DNA of 64,000 nucleotides from an uncultured Akkermansia sp. (GTDB lineage Bacteria; Verrucomicrobiota; Kiritimatiellia; RFP12; JAAYNR01): NCBI GenBank assembly GCA_964506575.1, contig CAZDLY010000008.1, positions 20 to 64,019 of the forward strand, read 5' to 3'. Shown piece by piece: positions 63,245 to 64,000 of this stretch (position 1 is its first letter; each line of letters starts with the position of its first letter). The notes under the pieces were generated by a model. It saw only the letters and a program-made list of their open reading frames with translations, ran no database searches and was not told where the DNA came from. The position numbers and the translations under genes were made by a program.

Positions 63245-64000
63245 ATGCCCGTAACCCGCACCTTTTCAGCCCCGCCACCCGTTGAATACGGCCCGTTCGA
63301 CGGCTTGCTGCTGGTCGACAAGCCGGCCGGACCGACGTCCCATGACGTCGTCCATAAGATCCGCAGAACCTTCCGCATCGAGAAGGTCGGCCACGGCGGC
63401 ACGCTCGACCCGGCCGCCACCGGCCTGCTGGTGATCCTCCTGGGCCGCGCCACGCGCCTCTCCGACCTGGTCATGGGGGGCGAGAAAACCTACGCCGGGG
63501 TCCTCCGCCTCGGCACGGTCACCCACTCGCAGGACATGGACGGCCCGATCGTCGCGGAAAATCCCTTCGACGCCGTCACGCGCGAACAGGCCGAGACGGC
63601 GTTGGAGGCCCTGCGCGGCGACATCTATCAGACGCCCCCCATGGTCTCGGCGATCAAGCTCAATGGCGTCCCGCTCTACAAGCTGGCACGCAAAGGGCAG
63701 GAGGTGGTTCGCGAACCGCGCCTCGTCCACATCTTCCGCTTCGCCATCACCGCCTGGGCGCCGCCGCTGGTCACCTTCGAGGTCCGCTGCACCAAGGGCA
63801 CCTATGTTCGCACCCTCGCCCACGACCTCGGCCAGACGCTCGGCTGCGGCGCCTGTCTCCAATCCCTCCGGCGCACCGCCTCGGGACCGTTCGCTGTCGC
63901 CGCCGCCGTTCCGTTTGACGCCCTGCTCGCCGGATCCAAGGACGATCTCGCCGCCCGGATCATCCCCTGTGCAAAAATCAGTCCGGGCTTTGCCACCCCC
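63245..64000 (+). CDS. truB: tRNA pseudouridine(55) synthase TruB, C-terminus cut by window edge
   Basis: My own translation from the ATG at 63245 gives MPVTRTFSAPPPVEYGPFDGLLLVDKPAGPTSHDVVHKIRRTFRIEKVGHGGTLDPAATGLLVILLGRATRL (catalytic Asp block). The frame stays open to the window end. It is absent from the ORF track because it has no stop. Confidence 0.9.
   Translation, partial: MPVTRTFSAPPPVEYGPFDGLLLVDKPAGPTSHDVVHKIRRTFRIEKVGHGGTLDPAATGLLVILLGRATRLSDLVMGGEKTYAGVLRLGTVTHSQDMDGPIVAENPFDAVTREQAETALEALRGDIYQTPPMVSAIKLNGVPLYKLARKGQEVVREPRLVHIFRFAITAWAPPLVTFEVRCTKGTYVRTLAHDLGQTLGCGACLQSLRRTASGPFAVAAAVPFDALLAGSKDDLAARIIPCAKISPGFATP

Noticed and set aside
1-64000. Scan for CRISPR arrays, tRNA/rRNA genes, IS elements, integrases, reverse transcriptases and phage genes.
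   Set aside because: None were recognised. The only direct repeats found are the MBL 3'-end duplicate, a 24-nt tandem duplication and a heptamer array. No intergenic region is long enough or shows cloverleaf-like structure that I could detect by eye.

Overview
This is a high-GC bacterial chromosomal segment. Hand counts of a few 60-nt lines give about 65-70% G+C in the housekeeping stretches. It is densely coding, and I found no rRNA, tRNA, CRISPR array, transposase or integrase. All family calls come from motifs recognised by eye in the supplied translations; no searches were run.

Layout:
- 1-22.4 kb: housekeeping and transport genes. These are proA (5' partial), an MBL hydrolase, a feo iron-uptake operon with a DtxR-type regulator, a thioredoxin-like exported protein, a Phd/YefM-RelE toxin-antitoxin pair, secDF-yajC-tgt, a P-type cation ATPase cut by an in-frame TGA, purE, a HAD-phosphatase/Sua5 fusion, purC, an aminotransferase and GTP-PEPCK.
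- 22.6-45.4 kb: a visibly lower-GC block (about 45-55% in sampled lines), entirely on the minus strand and tightly or translationally coupled. It encodes a MoxR/DUF58/vWA/BatA/DUF4159/DUF4175-type envelope system, here with an FHA-MoxR fusion. At its 3' end sit a SagB-type nitroreductase, an OYE-GltD fusion flavoprotein and a truncated LarA remnant. At its 5' end sit a standalone YcaO protein and a small exported Pro-rich ORF containing CCCC, which has its own near-consensus promoter. Several exported proteins of unknown function are interspersed.
- 45.5-64 kb: housekeeping genes again. These are malic enzyme, rlmB, a Zn-ADH, a GlcD-like FAD oxidase, an FGE-domain protein, an orphan ABC ATPase, DAHP synthase, an RluA-family synthase, yidC-yidD-rnpA-rpmH, and divergently nusA-infB-rbfA-truB (3' partial).

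Two divergent DUF4143 AAA ATPase genes sit as single-gene inserts. The first is bracketed by a mosaic duplicate of the 3' end of the MBL gene.

The most interesting candidate is the 23-kb island, especially YcaO plus the Cys-rich small ORF, the FHA-MoxR fusion and the redox tail. The taxonomic guess (PVC-type lineage such as Kiritimatiellota or Verrucomicrobiota) is weak inference only.
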